Assembly (NCBI GenBank): GCA_038245905.1
Contig: JBBRRY010000004.1
Coordinates: 32,001 to 96,000, forward strand
DNA from: Thermoanaerobaculia bacterium
Lineage (GTDB): Bacteria; Acidobacteriota; Thermoanaerobaculia; UBA5066
Direction of reading: 5' to 3'
DNA: 64,000 nucleotides
In this document: in pieces, positions 50,477-60,783 of the stretch
How the letters are laid out: each line of letters starts with the position of its first letter
Numbering within the stretch: position 1 is the stretch's first letter
The notes under the pieces: generated by a model
Told to the model about the DNA's origin: nothing
Databases searched by the model: none
Seen by the model: the letters and a program-made list of their open reading frames with translations, nothing else
Program-made: the position numbers and the translations under genes

Positions 50477-50968
50477 CTAGCCCCGGAAGTTCGTGAACTG
50501 GAGGGGGATGCCGAAGTCGGCGCCCCGAAGAAGAGCGATGACGGCCTGTAGATCGTCCCTCTTCTTGCCCGAGACCCGCAGCTGCTCGCCCTGGATCGCG
50601 ACCTGCACCTTCAGCTTGCTGTCCTTGATCGCCTTGACGATCTCCCGGGCCTTCTCGGACTCGATGCCCTGGCGGATCGTGACCACCTGGCGCACGGTAC
50701 CTTTCGTCGCGGGCTCGATCGTGCCGTAGTCGAGGGACTTCAGGGAGACGCCGCGCTTCACGAGCTTGGTCTGGAGAATGTCCGTCACGGCCTTCAGGCC
50801 GAATTCGTCGTTTGCCGTGAGAGTGAGCTCCTTGTCCTTGTGCTCGATCCCGGCGGCGCTGCTCTTCAGGTCGTAGCGCTGCGCGGTTTCCTTCTGAGCC
50901 TGCGCGACCGCGTTCCCGACTTCGGGAAGGTTGACCTCGGAAACAACGTCGAATGTGGGGTCTGCCAT
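50477..50968 (-). CDS. yajQ: YajQ nucleotide-binding protein
   Basis: FDVVSE, RYDLK, RVSGKKRDDLQ, LQFTNFR. Confidence 0.96.
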   Translation of the reverse strand: MADPTFDVVSEVNLPEVGNAVAQAQKETAQRYDLKSSAAGIEHKDKELTLTANDEFGLKAVTDILQTKLVKRGVSLKSLDYGTIEPATKGTVRQVVTIRQGIESEKAREIVKAIKDSKLKVQVAIQGEQLRVSGKKRDDLQAVIALLRGADFGIPLQFTNFRG

Positions 50969-50972
50969 GGCT

Positions 50973-51650
50973 TCACTCCGAGAGGATCTTCGTGCCCGCG
51001 GGGGGCGCGAGGGCGAAGTCCGAGTCGGGGCGCTTCGGCCCGGACATCTTCTGCGTAAACGTGAACGCCGTGCGGTTGCCGGCGGCGTCCACGAGGATGA
51101 GCCTCTTCACGTCGCCGGTCGCGGCGACGAGGAGCATGAGCGACTTCGGGTCGCCGCCGGCGCGCGGGGTGAGCGTGAGCTCGACGAGGCCGGTGTCCGT
51201 CGGGGCGGCGCGTGCGGAATAGCGCGCGAGGAGCTCCTCGGTCGACTCGAGGAAAACGAGCGGCAGGCGCGCGCGCTCTTCAGGCCGGAGGGTCCTGAGG
51301 ACGAGCTGCCGGTCGGCCGCCACGTACTGGCGGGCAAACTTCCCGTCGAACGTGAAGACCTTTCCCTCAGGGCCGTCGTAGTCGAACCGCACGCGGTCGG
51401 GCGCCTGGAGGATGAGCCGGCCGGTCTCGGGCGCGGTTTCCGCGAAACCCGCGGGCGCGTACGTCTGGACGAACGTGCAGTTGACCGAGGGAGAGGATGA
51501 GTATGCTTTTCGGATGCTCGCGAGAACGGCGTGCGCGTCGAGGGAGGCGGTCCCAACCGTACCCGGTGTCGCGGCCGGCTTCGCCGGCCGTGCTTCGAGG
51601 GTGAGAAAAACGAGGAGAAGACAGACGAGGGATTTCGCGGGCATATTCAC
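50973..51650 (-). CDS. lolA: Outer-membrane lipoprotein carrier LolA-like
   Basis: Signal peptide, FVQT, RFDY, FDGK, GNRT, F..PPAG. Confidence 0.75.
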   Translation of the reverse strand: MNMPAKSLVCLLLVFLTLEARPAKPAATPGTVGTASLDAHAVLASIRKAYSSSPSVNCTFVQTYAPAGFAETAPETGRLILQAPDRVRFDYDGPEGKVFTFDGKFARQYVAADRQLVLRTLRPEERARLPLVFLESTEELLARYSARAAPTDTGLVELTLTPRAGGDPKSLMLLVAATGDVKRLILVDAAGNRTAFTFTQKMSGPKRPDSDFALAPPAGTKILSE

Positions 51651-51675
51651 CTTCTAAGAAGCTCTTCTCTTTCTT

Positions 51676-53220
51676 TCAATGCCTGAAGTGTCTCTTCCCC
51701 GTGAAGACCATCGTGATGCCCGCGGCGTCCGCCGCGGCGATGACGTCGGGATCCTTGACGGAGCCGCCGGGTTGGATGACCGCCGTGACGCCCGCGCCCG
51801 CGAGAACCTCGAGGCCGTCCGGGAACGGGAAGAATGCGTCGGAAGCCGCCACGGCGCCTCTCGCTCGCTCTCCGGCTTTCGCAATTGCATCCCGGCAGGC
51901 GTCCACACGGCTCGTGCGCCCTCCCCCGATGCCGTACGTCGCGGACTCGCCCGCGACGACGATGCCATTCGAGACGACGCCTCGGAGGACGAGGTTCGCG
52001 AAGCGCATCGCACGCGTCTCGGCGTCGGTCGGTGCGCGCTTCGTGACGACCTTCCACGCGCTTTCCTCGTCCGGCAGAAGGTCGCCTTCCTGTACGAGGA
52101 GGCCGCCGTCGATGCCGCGCGCCTCGAGGCGCGGGCGCGGCCCGTGCTCCGCCTCGACGGTCAGGACGCGGAGATTCGGTTTCTTCGCGAGGACGGGCTT
52201 TGCGTCGTCCGTCACGGCGTGGACGACGACGACCTCGAGGAATCGCGACGTGAGCGTGCCGGCGGCCTCCGCATCGAGCGTGCCCGTCCAGGCGACGACG
52301 CCGCCGAATCCCGCGATCGGGTCGGAGGCCCACGCGGCTTCGAACGCCTCGGCCATCGTGCGGCCCTTCGCGGCCCCCGCGGGGATTCGGTGCTTCACGA
52401 TCGTGAGGGCGTTCGCTCCCACGATGCGTGACGTGTAGAGAGCGGCGTCGGCGTCGAGGAAGTTGTTATACGAGAGCTCCTTCCCCTGCACGAAGCGGTA
52501 ACGTGAGAGGGCCGGCGCCGCCGCGGCCGCGTCGACATAGAGGGAGGCCTTCTGGTGCGGGTTTTCCCCGTAACGGAGACCGGCTCCGAGCGAAAAGGTC
52601 AGCGACAGGCGCTCCGGAAACGTCTCGCCCGGCCCCGAGGAGAACCAGCGGGCGATCGCGGCGTCGTACGCCGCCGTGTGCCGGAAGACCTTCGCGGCGA
52701 GGCGGCGGCGCGTCTCGTCCGAGAGGGTCCCACCCGTCCGCAGGAGCTCCTCGGCAATCGCGGGATAGTCGGCCGGGTCGCACACGACGCCGACGTGCGC
52801 ATGGTTCTTGGCCGCGGCCCGGAGAAGCGACGGCCCGCCGACGTCGATCTTCTCGATGGCCTCGGCGAAGGTCACGCCGGCCCGCGCGACGGTCTCCTCG
52901 AACGGGTAGAGGTTCACGACGACGAGGTCGATGGGGGAGACCCCGTTCGCGGCCGCCTCGCCGAGGTCGCGGTCCAGGGAGCGGTCGAAGAGGATGCCCC
53001 CAAAGAGCTTCGGATGCAGCGTCTTCACCCGACCGCCGAACACCTCCGGGAAACCCGTGACGTCGGAAACGCTCGTGACCGAAAGATCGGACGCGGCGAG
53101 TTGCGCCGCCGTCCCTCCCGTCGAGACGAGGCCGAACCCAATCCCGGTCAGAACGTGCGCGAAATCCACGAGGCCGGTGCGATCCGAGACGGAGAGAAGC
53201 GCGATTCGGGTGTTACTCAC
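51676..53220 (-). CDS. purH: AICAR transformylase/IMP cyclohydrolase
   Basis: ALLSVSD, RVKTLHP, LRYGENPHQ, SDAFFPF, RHFRH. Confidence 0.97.
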   Translation of the reverse strand: MSNTRIALLSVSDRTGLVDFAHVLTGIGFGLVSTGGTAAQLAASDLSVTSVSDVTGFPEVFGGRVKTLHPKLFGGILFDRSLDRDLGEAAANGVSPIDLVVVNLYPFEETVARAGVTFAEAIEKIDVGGPSLLRAAAKNHAHVGVVCDPADYPAIAEELLRTGGTLSDETRRRLAAKVFRHTAAYDAAIARWFSSGPGETFPERLSLTFSLGAGLRYGENPHQKASLYVDAAAAAPALSRYRFVQGKELSYNNFLDADAALYTSRIVGANALTIVKHRIPAGAAKGRTMAEAFEAAWASDPIAGFGGVVAWTGTLDAEAAGTLTSRFLEVVVVHAVTDDAKPVLAKKPNLRVLTVEAEHGPRPRLEARGIDGGLLVQEGDLLPDEESAWKVVTKRAPTDAETRAMRFANLVLRGVVSNGIVVAGESATYGIGGGRTSRVDACRDAIAKAGERARGAVAASDAFFPFPDGLEVLAGAGVTAVIQPGGSVKDPDVIAAADAAGITMVFTGKRHFRH

Positions 53221-53815
53221 GGATGGAGAGCGGTCCTTTGGATTCGGGGTGCTGGCGGACGATCGAGGCGTCGCCTCCCGCGGCGTTCCAGATCCAGGCG
53301 AAGAGGCGGGTCGAAAGCGTGACAGTCGCGTCGTAACGCTCACGCGCGGTGGTCGCGGGGAGCGGCGCCGCGGCCAGGGTTTCGGGCGCGGCGAAGGGTT
53401 CCGCCGGATAGCCGAGGAAGCGGGAGGCCTTCGAGGCGTTGCCTGGCGCGCCTCCCTGCGGAGGCAGCGCGAGGGCGAACTCGTGGACGATCCCGCCCAT
53501 CTGATAGACGATTTCGTCGAAGGCCGTATGCCGGCGAATGGCCTCGGCGAGCGCACGCGCGCCGCGGGCCGCGGCCGCGCGATGGGCGTTCGCGTCGCGC
53601 GTGCCGTGTTCTGCGGCCGCCGCGTCGCTCACGCCCTGCATGAGCCGGCGGCTGTGCCGCGCGAGCTGACGCTTGAAGTCCGGGGGCGCGAACGAGGAGG
53701 CGTCGGCCGCCATTCGGGCCTCGTCCGCGACGCTCCAGCGCACGAGCTCCGCCGCGCGCGCGCCGGACGCGAAGAGAACGGCGGCGAGACAGGCGGCGGA
53801 CGCGTGGCGTTTCAC
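53213..53815 (-). CDS. Secreted hypothetical protein
   Basis: Signal peptide, helical character; RBS; overlaps the purH start. Confidence 0.65.
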   Translation of the reverse strand: MKRHASAACLAAVLFASGARAAELVRWSVADEARMAADASSFAPPDFKRQLARHSRRLMQGVSDAAAAEHGTRDANAHRAAAARGARALAEAIRRHTAFDEIVYQMGGIVHEFALALPPQGGAPGNASKASRFLGYPAEPFAAPETLAAAPLPATTARERYDATVTLSTRLFAWIWNAAGGDASIVRQHPESKGPLSIRE

Positions 53816-53828
53816 GGTTTCTCCTCTT

Positions 53829-56807
53829 CTAGAAGATCTTCAGGATGTTCAGCGAAAGGACGACGCCCGTCTGCCCGCGGTTGCGGCCGGAGACGGGCGT
53901 TCCGGCATCGAGCCGGATCAGCGTCGCCCACGGCCCGGCGAACTCGCCCGAGATTCCCGCGCCGCTGAAGTAGGCCCAGTCGAGGCCCGCGGCCCGGTCC
54001 CTCACGCGCGCATCCTCGTAGATCGCCTCGAGGCGGAAGGCGCTCCCGATGACATAACCGTACGCGACCTTCGACGTGACCGCTTCCTCGGCACGCAGGG
54101 CACCCGACCGGAAGCCGCGCAGCGACGTTCCGCCGAAGAAGCCGAAGGTGTACTTCGAGAAGCGATCCGTGTTGTCGGAGCCGACGTACCCGAGCGACGC
54201 GCGCACGCGCTGGAAGCGCGGCAGGTGGAAGTCTTTCTGAATCTCGGCGCCCCAGGTCGTGAAGACGTCCTTGCCCGGGTCGTAGTCCGGGTTACCCGCG
54301 AAGCCCCACGGATCCCACTGCGACCTCTTGTTCCACGCCCACCGGCCCGTAACCGCCCACCCGCGCCAGTCCCAGGCGAGCTGGCCCTCGAGGCGTGTGA
54401 GCCAGTGGTCCGATGGAATCGCGAACGCCGATGATGTTTCGACGTCGTCGACCGCGAAGTCCCGGTGCGACTCGGTGACCGTCCCCGTGAGCTTGATGTG
54501 GCGCGCGATCGGGACGCCCGCCTTGAACGCGGCCGCGAATGACCGGCTCTTCACCCGCTGCGCCTTGTCTTCCTCGCCGGAGACGAAGAGCGCGTCCGTG
54601 CCCCGAAGCGCGATGCCGAAGACGTCGACGCCGACGTCGACTGGCGAGCCGAAGAGCCTCGGCTGGCTCCACGAGGCCGCGAGCAGGACGCCGCCGAAGA
54701 GGACCTGGAACTGGTCATGGCGTTTGCTCGCGTCGAGGTCGATCCAGTAGACGCCGAGGAGGGGGAGCGGATAGTCGTATGCGCCATCGTAGAAAAGGCC
54801 GCCGAGCCCGAAGAGCTTGCCGTGTTTCGCGTCCTCCGTGACGCGGCGGCCGCCGTCCTTCGTCTTCTCGAGGTAACGAACACCCTTCTCGGTCTCACGC
54901 ACCATCGTGTCCTTCGACGCGAAAGTCTCTTCGCGCGCCGCGCGGAAGGCGGGATCGTCGAGCCGGATGTCGGTGAGCACGCTTTCGCGCTCGATCACGG
55001 TCGTGCGCGAAAACGTTTTGAGGATCCACTGGCCCGTCGTGCGCGTCGGGAGGCGCAGCGGCGGCCCGCCGTCGGGTGCGGGCACATCCGTGAAGTCGGC
55101 CGTCTCGTCCACGGCCTGAATCTCGGCCGTGAGGTTCAGCTGCCGCGTCCGGACGCGGACGGCCGCGAACCCGTCTCGCGCGATCCACACGCGACCCGCG
55201 TACACGGGCTTGTCCGTCACGGCGACGCGCGGCTCGAAGTCGAGCGCCCAGCAGGGAATGCCCCGCACGGTCTCTTCGCCGACGAGCGCGTAGCGGTATG
55301 TGTCGTCGAGCGTGAGGGCGAGCGGCATGTCCGAGACCTTCTCGGGCTGCAGGAGCGGGAGCTCGGGGAGCTTTTTTCCCTTCCAGCGGACGCCGTTGAA
55401 GTACGCGTCGTGCCACGCCCAGTCGAAGCCCGAGCCCCTCTCGTAGAAGAACGGCCCGGCGAGCGTGAGGTCGATCGTGTTGCCGAGGTTCGCGAAGCGA
55501 AAGCGCATCGAGAGCGAGTTCGTCGCCGAGAGCGTCTTCCAGCGCGCATCGCGGGCCGCCCGCCACGCCTGGTGCTGCGCGAGAATCTCCTCCGCCGTGA
55601 TCCCGCGCGCGGCGGCGACCCCGACCGCGGCCTTCGGGGCCTCGGCCGGGGCTTTCTCGCGCGCCGTGAGGCGCACGGCGAGGGGACCATTCGCGAGCGA
55701 GAGGGTGAGGCGTACGGGGACCGCGCCTGCAGGGATCTCGAGCTTCCTCGAGGCCCCCGTCGCGAGCTCGAAAATCTCCGCCAAGCCGTACGGCGTCGCA
55801 TCCAGGGTGACCGTCACGGGCCCCGCCGGAGCGGGCGCGCCGCCCTTCGTGCCGGGAACGAGGACGACACCGCCCAGGTCGGCGCCCGAGACGACGCGGA
55901 ATGCGTCGCGCGGCGTTCCGTCGGACGCCGCGACGGACACGGCGCGGGTGTCGGCGCCGAAGTCGCCCGCGACCATGCGCGCGAAGCGCTCGAGCGTCGC
56001 GTCTTCGGCGGCCGACCACGCGGGTGTCGCGACGACGAACGGAAGGTTCTCGGACGCGAACCGCGCGGAAGCAGCGATGAGCGCGCCGGGCGTGCGGACG
56101 GAGGCACCGAGATCGACGAGCCCCGGCTTGCCGAATGCGACGGCGTCGATCGCTTTTCGGACCTCAGACGCATCAACCTGTGCGATTTCGGTCACGCCGA
56201 CCATGTCGAGATAGGCCGTGTTTTCTTCTGAAAGGAGGAGACGGTCGGCGGGTGCGATGAGCGGGCCCGAAGCGTCGGGTGCGGCCGCGAACGCAATCAG
56301 GGCGTGGGGAGCTGCGGCGCGCGCGCCCGCGGCCACCTTTCTAAGAAAATACGCCCGTGCCTTGGGGTCGCCGGAAACGGGCGTCGCGAAGTCGATGGAT
56401 ACGAGATCCGCCGTCCTTGCCTCTCTCAGAATCTCTCCGATCCCCGGCCAGAGGTCGTCCACGTTTGCCGCTTCGGCGGCTCGTACATCGGCCGGCACGG
56501 CCACATTGGGCAGCGCGAGCGCGAGCCCCCAGCGCCAGCCGGCGGTGTGGGCGTGCTCCGCGAGCTCGCGGACGCCGGCGATCGCCGCCGGCCTGTCCAC
56601 GCCCCGCGCGTCGGGGTCGAGTCGCAGCAAGAGGCCCGGAGCGTTCGGCGAATGGGCGGCGATCGGCAGGCCCGAGATGCGGGCGATCCTCGGGTCGCCG
56701 GGCGAGACCGCGAGCCACGGCGCCGCGTATGGGCGGGGCGTCACCCCCGCCGCGGCGTGAGAGAGGAGCGCCCCGAGGAGAGCGGCAAGAGCCCGGTGCT
56801 GCGTCAC
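53829..56807 (-). CDS. Large secreted / outer-membrane protein with probable C-terminal beta-barrel
   Basis: Signal peptide; alternating aromatic strands; ends SLNILKIF. Confidence 0.7.
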   Translation of the reverse strand: MTQHRALAALLGALLSHAAAGVTPRPYAAPWLAVSPGDPRIARISGLPIAAHSPNAPGLLLRLDPDARGVDRPAAIAGVRELAEHAHTAGWRWGLALALPNVAVPADVRAAEAANVDDLWPGIGEILREARTADLVSIDFATPVSGDPKARAYFLRKVAAGARAAAPHALIAFAAAPDASGPLIAPADRLLLSEENTAYLDMVGVTEIAQVDASEVRKAIDAVAFGKPGLVDLGASVRTPGALIAASARFASENLPFVVATPAWSAAEDATLERFARMVAGDFGADTRAVSVAASDGTPRDAFRVVSGADLGGVVLVPGTKGGAPAPAGPVTVTLDATPYGLAEIFELATGASRKLEIPAGAVPVRLTLSLANGPLAVRLTAREKAPAEAPKAAVGVAAARGITAEEILAQHQAWRAARDARWKTLSATNSLSMRFRFANLGNTIDLTLAGPFFYERGSGFDWAWHDAYFNGVRWKGKKLPELPLLQPEKVSDMPLALTLDDTYRYALVGEETVRGIPCWALDFEPRVAVTDKPVYAGRVWIARDGFAAVRVRTRQLNLTAEIQAVDETADFTDVPAPDGGPPLRLPTRTTGQWILKTFSRTTVIERESVLTDIRLDDPAFRAAREETFASKDTMVRETEKGVRYLEKTKDGGRRVTEDAKHGKLFGLGGLFYDGAYDYPLPLLGVYWIDLDASKRHDQFQVLFGGVLLAASWSQPRLFGSPVDVGVDVFGIALRGTDALFVSGEEDKAQRVKSRSFAAAFKAGVPIARHIKLTGTVTESHRDFAVDDVETSSAFAIPSDHWLTRLEGQLAWDWRGWAVTGRWAWNKRSQWDPWGFAGNPDYDPGKDVFTTWGAEIQKDFHLPRFQRVRASLGYVGSDNTDRFSKYTFGFFGGTSLRGFRSGALRAEEAVTSKVAYGYVIGSAFRLEAIYEDARVRDRAAGLDWAYFSGAGISGEFAGPWATLIRLDAGTPVSGRNRGQTGVVLSLNILKIF

Positions 56808-57893
56808 TTACTTCCGGAAGGCCTTCGACGGAGCCCTGGGCTCCGGTGCGGGGAGCGCCACGGGAGCCGGTCCGGCTGGCACGACGACGTCGCCCGTCGG
56901 AAGACCGAGGTTCGCCCGGATCTTCTTCTCGATCTCGGCGGCGATGTCGGGGTTGTCGCGGAAGAACTGCTTGGAGTTTTCGCGGCCCTGCCCAAGGCGG
57001 ATATCGCCGTAGCTGAACCAGGCGCCGGACTTCTCGACGATCTTCATCTCGATCCCGATGTCGATGAGCTCGCCCGTCTTCGAGATGCCCTCGCCGTACG
57101 CGATGTCGAACTCGGCGAACCGGAAGGGGGGAGCGACCTTGTTCTTGACGATCTTGACCTTCGTGCGGCTTCCGACGACGACCTCGCCGTCCTTGATGGC
57201 ATTGATGCGCCGGATGTCGATACGGACCGACGAATAGAACTTCAAGGCCCGGCCGCCCGTCGTCGTCTCTGGGTTCCCGAACATGACGCCGATCTTTTCG
57301 CGGATCTGGTTGATGAAGATGAGGGTCGTGTTCGATTTCGAGACGACCGCCGTGAGTTTGCGCATGGCCTGCGACATGAGGCGCGCCTGCAGGCCCACCA
57401 CGGCGTCGCCCATCTCGCCTTCGAGCTCGGCCTTCGGAACGAGCGCCGCGACGGAGTCGATGACGACGACGTCGATCGCGGCCGACCGCACGAGCGCCTC
57501 GGCGATCTCGAGCGCCTGTTCGCCCGAGTCGGGCTGGGACACCATGAGGTTGTCGACGTCGACGCCGAGCTTCTTGGCGTAGTCGGGGTCCATCGCGTGC
57601 TCGGCGTCGATGAAGGCGGCGAGCCCGCCACGCTTCTGCGCCTCGGCGATGACGTGGAGGGTCAGGGTCGTCTTGCCCGAAGACTCCGGCCCGAAGACTT
57701 CGATGACACGGCCGCGCGGGATGCCGCCGATTCCCAAGGCGGCGTCCACGCCGATCGAGCCCGTCGAGATGCACTGGATGACGGTGTGTGGCTTGTCACC
57801 GAGACGGACGAGAGCGCCTTTGCCGAACTGCCGGTCGATCTGCTGGAGCGCTTGCTCGAGTGCTTTCTGCTTTTCCTTGTTCACTTCGACCAT
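56808..57893 (-). CDS. recA: Recombinase A
   Basis: [35 protein letters not shown]. Confidence 0.99.
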   Translation of the reverse strand: MVEVNKEKQKALEQALQQIDRQFGKGALVRLGDKPHTVIQCISTGSIGVDAALGIGGIPRGRVIEVFGPESSGKTTLTLHVIAEAQKRGGLAAFIDAEHAMDPDYAKKLGVDVDNLMVSQPDSGEQALEIAEALVRSAAIDVVVIDSVAALVPKAELEGEMGDAVVGLQARLMSQAMRKLTAVVSKSNTTLIFINQIREKIGVMFGNPETTTGGRALKFYSSVRIDIRRINAIKDGEVVVGSRTKVKIVKNKVAPPFRFAEFDIAYGEGISKTGELIDIGIEMKIVEKSGAWFSYGDIRLGQGRENSKQFFRDNPDIAAEIEKKIRANLGLPTGDVVVPAGPAPVALPAPEPRAPSKAFRK

Positions 57894-57940
57894 TTGGTCT
57901 CCTTCAAGAAGAGAGGCGGATTATAGGAAGAGAAAGAGGA

Positions 57941-57977
57941 GGATTTTGATTTGGATTCGGATTTCGGATTCGGATTT
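57941..57977. repeat. Six imperfect tandem GGATTY units
   Basis: GGATTT TGATTT GGATTC GGATTTC GGATTC GGATTT. Confidence 0.75.
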
Positions 57978-58115
57978 CTTAGAAGGGTGAATGAGGCTGA
58001 GGCGCTCGAAGGACGTCGAGGCGCCACACTCTGCACCGGCGCCACTCGACCTTCTAAGAAAATCTTCTCTGGGGGCGAAACGGCCTACGATGGCGTCGCC
58101 GAGCGGAAGGAACGT

Positions 58116-58661
58116 GTGAAAGTTAGGTCCGATATCTCCGAAACGCAAGGAATTCTTCGCCCGTGGCCCGAGGTTTTCGCGGCCTCGCGCGTGACGACCC
58201 TCGTCGCGACGTGGTTCGGGACCGGGCTCCTTCCGAAGGCTCCGGGCACATGGGGCAGTCTGGCCGCGATCCCGGCCGCCCATCTCGTCGCGACGATCTG
58301 GGGAGTCTCGGGCCTCATCGGCTTCGCGCTCGCGGTCACGTTTGTTGGCGTGCACGCGGCGGGCGAGACGGCGCGCCTCCGCGGCATCGGCGATCCGCCG
58401 GAAGTCGTCGTGGACGAGGTGGCGGGGCAGTCCATCGCGCTTCTGCCGGTCTACGCGCTCGTGCCGCCCGAGGCCACGCTCTTCCGGATCGGCGCCGTGC
58501 TCCTTGCGTTCGCCCTCTTTCGCGTTCTCGACGTCTGGAAGCCCGGCCCAATAGGCGCGCTCGAGCGATTGCCGCGAGGCTGGGGTGTGATGATGGACGA
58601 CGTTCTCGGCGGTGCCGTTGCGGGAGCTTGCGTCGGCGCCGCGCTTCTCCTCTGGCGATGA
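58116..58661 (+). CDS. pgpA: Phosphatidylglycerophosphatase A
   Basis: APGTWGS, VVDEVAG, FRVLDVWKP, GVMMDD; start uncertain. Confidence 0.9.
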   Translation: MKVRSDISETQGILRPWPEVFAASRVTTLVATWFGTGLLPKAPGTWGSLAAIPAAHLVATIWGVSGLIGFALAVTFVGVHAAGETARLRGIGDPPEVVVDEVAGQSIALLPVYALVPPEATLFRIGAVLLAFALFRVLDVWKPGPIGALERLPRGWGVMMDDVLGGAVAGACVGAALLLWR

Positions 58662-59545
58662 TCGAGAGCGCCCTCTCCGGCTTGCGCGCGGTCGTCCGCG
58701 AGAACGTCCCGCTTTCCGGCCGGACGACGCTCCGAATTGGCGGACCGGCCCGGTATTTCGTGGAAGTCCACGACGCGGAGGCGCTAGCGGCTCTCCTCCG
58801 CGCGGGCCGCGCCGCAGGGCTGCCTGTTCTCGCGCTCGGGAAGGGATCGAACCTCCTCGTTCCCGACGCGGGATTCCCAGGAGTCGTTTTCGCCCTCGCG
58901 GGCGACTTCTTGAGGACGCGGATCGAACCGCCGGAGGTCATGGCGGGAGGCGGGGTCTCGCTCATGTCGCTTGCCTCCCGGACGCAGAGGGCGGGCCTCT
59001 CCGGTCTCGAGAACCTGTCCGGCATTCCGTCCTCGCTCGGCGGGGCCGTGCGCATCAACGCCGGGGCCTACGGGTCGGAGCTGTTCGACGTCCTCGTGTC
59101 GGTCGACCTCGTCTCGGGCGGTGGAGAGCAACGCACGGATTCCGCTTCGGCGATCGCGCACGGCTACCGGTGGACGGCGCTCTCGGACTGCGACGACGTC
59201 GTGACCGGGGCGCGCCTCCGCCTCACGCCGAACCCCCCCGACGAGATCGCATCGCGGATGGCGGAGGTCACCGCGAAGAGAAAAGTCGCCCTGCCGAAGC
59301 AGCCGAATGCCGGTTCGATTTTCAAGAACCCGCCGGGCCTCTTCGCAGGGAAGCTGCTCGAGGAGTGCGGTTTGAAGAGTCGCCGCATCGGAGGCGCCCA
59401 GATCTCGCCCGTCCACGCGAACGTAATCGTCAACGTCGGCGGCGCGACGGCGGCGGACGTCACGTCGCTCATGGAAGAGATGAAAAGGGCCGTGAAAGAC
59501 AGGTTCGGGATCGAATTGGCAGCCGAAATCCGACTTCTCGGATAA
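58658..59545 (+). CDS. murB: UDP-N-acetylmuramate dehydrogenase
   Basis: RIGGPA, GKGSN, GIP, NAGAYG, AGSIFKNP, HANVIVN. Confidence 0.95.
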   Translation: MIESALSGLRAVVRENVPLSGRTTLRIGGPARYFVEVHDAEALAALLRAGRAAGLPVLALGKGSNLLVPDAGFPGVVFALAGDFLRTRIEPPEVMAGGGVSLMSLASRTQRAGLSGLENLSGIPSSLGGAVRINAGAYGSELFDVLVSVDLVSGGGEQRTDSASAIAHGYRWTALSDCDDVVTGARLRLTPNPPDEIASRMAEVTAKRKVALPKQPNAGSIFKNPPGLFAGKLLEECGLKSRRIGGAQISPVHANVIVNVGGATAADVTSLMEEMKRAVKDRFGIELAAEIRLLG

Positions 59546-59575
59546 CGTATCGCTCGCGCTTCTGGAGGCCGCCCC

Positions 59576-60724
59576 ATGAGAAGACGTTCCGCACTCCTTT
59601 TTCTCCTGCTCGCGGCCGCTGCGCTCGCCGGGGCCTGTGGAAAGAAGGAGCTCCCCGACCTCGCGATCGGAGTGATCGCCGAGCTCACCGGCGACATTCC
59701 CGCCGTCGGCGCCTCGTGCAAGAACGCCGCCGAGATGGCCGTCGGGGAGATCAACGAAGCCGGCGGCGTGAAGGTCGCCGGGAAGGCGTATCGGCTCCGT
59801 CTCGTCGTGGAGGACAGCAAGGGAAACGCGGCGGAGGCCGGGGAGGCCTTGAAGCGCCTCGCCTCGGAAGACAAGGTGTTCGCGATCGTGGGTCCGAACG
59901 CGAGCACGGGTGCGATTCCCGCCGCCGAGGCGGCGGAGTCAACGAAGATCCCCATGATCACTCCCTGGTCCACGAACCCGCTGACGACGGCGGGGAAGAA
60001 ATGGGTCTTTCGCGCCTGCTTCACCGACGCGTTCGAAGGGCACGTCCTCGCGCGGTTCGCGACGGGATACCTTCACGCGGCGAAGGCGGCCGTTCTCTAC
60101 GACCCGGACTCTCAGGCGCCGAAGAGCCAAGCGGAGCTCTTCCGGAAGGACTTCGAGGAGGCGGGAGGAAAAGTCGTCGCCTTCGAGACGTACAAGACCG
60201 GCGACAAGGATTTCGCAGCCCCGCTCGGCCGGATCGCGGCCGCCGCTCCCGACATCATCTTCCTGCCGAGCTATTACAACGAGGTCCCTCTGCAGATGAA
60301 GCAGGCGCGCAAGATGGGGATCAAGGTGCCTTTCCTCGGCAGCGACAACTGGAGCAGCCCGGAGCTGGTCAAGCTGGTAGGCGGGGATGCCGAGGGAGCG
60401 ACGTTCTGCAACCACTACGCGCCGGAAGTGCGCGTGGACGCTGTCGCGCACTTCGTCACGCCGTACAAGAACAAATACGGGCAGACGCCCGACGACGTGG
60501 CTGCCCTCACATACGACTCGTTCAAGCTCCTCGCGAAGGCCCTCGCGGGCGCTTCGGGGCTGAATCGCGAGGCGATTCGGGAGGCCCTGTCGAAGATCCG
60601 TGAGTTCGAAGGCGTTACCGGCAAGATGACGTTCAAGGAAGGTTCGGGCGACCCGGTCAAGAGCGCCGTGATGATGAGGGTCGAAGGCGGCAAGCCGGTC
60701 TTCGTGACCACCATCGACCCCTGA
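59576..60724 (+). CDS. Branched-chain amino acid ABC substrate-binding lipoprotein (LivJ-like)
   Basis: Lipobox LAGA-C, EINEAGG, FRACFTD, ALTYD, GVTG. Confidence 0.88.
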   Translation: MRRRSALLFLLLAAAALAGACGKKELPDLAIGVIAELTGDIPAVGASCKNAAEMAVGEINEAGGVKVAGKAYRLRLVVEDSKGNAAEAGEALKRLASEDKVFAIVGPNASTGAIPAAEAAESTKIPMITPWSTNPLTTAGKKWVFRACFTDAFEGHVLARFATGYLHAAKAAVLYDPDSQAPKSQAELFRKDFEEAGGKVVAFETYKTGDKDFAAPLGRIAAAAPDIIFLPSYYNEVPLQMKQARKMGIKVPFLGSDNWSSPELVKLVGGDAEGATFCNHYAPEVRVDAVAHFVTPYKNKYGQTPDDVAALTYDSFKLLAKALAGASGLNREAIREALSKIREFEGVTGKMTFKEGSGDPVKSAVMMRVEGGKPVFVTTIDP

Positions 60725-60783
60725 CCTTTTCGAAAGCCCCGCCTCGCAATCGCCGGAGCCGCGGCGCCCGTACAATCTCGGGA

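Noticed and set aside
53825-53836. Palindrome TCTTCTAGAAGA
   Set aside because: One base shorter than the motif core and includes a stop codon; possibly a variant but not counted.
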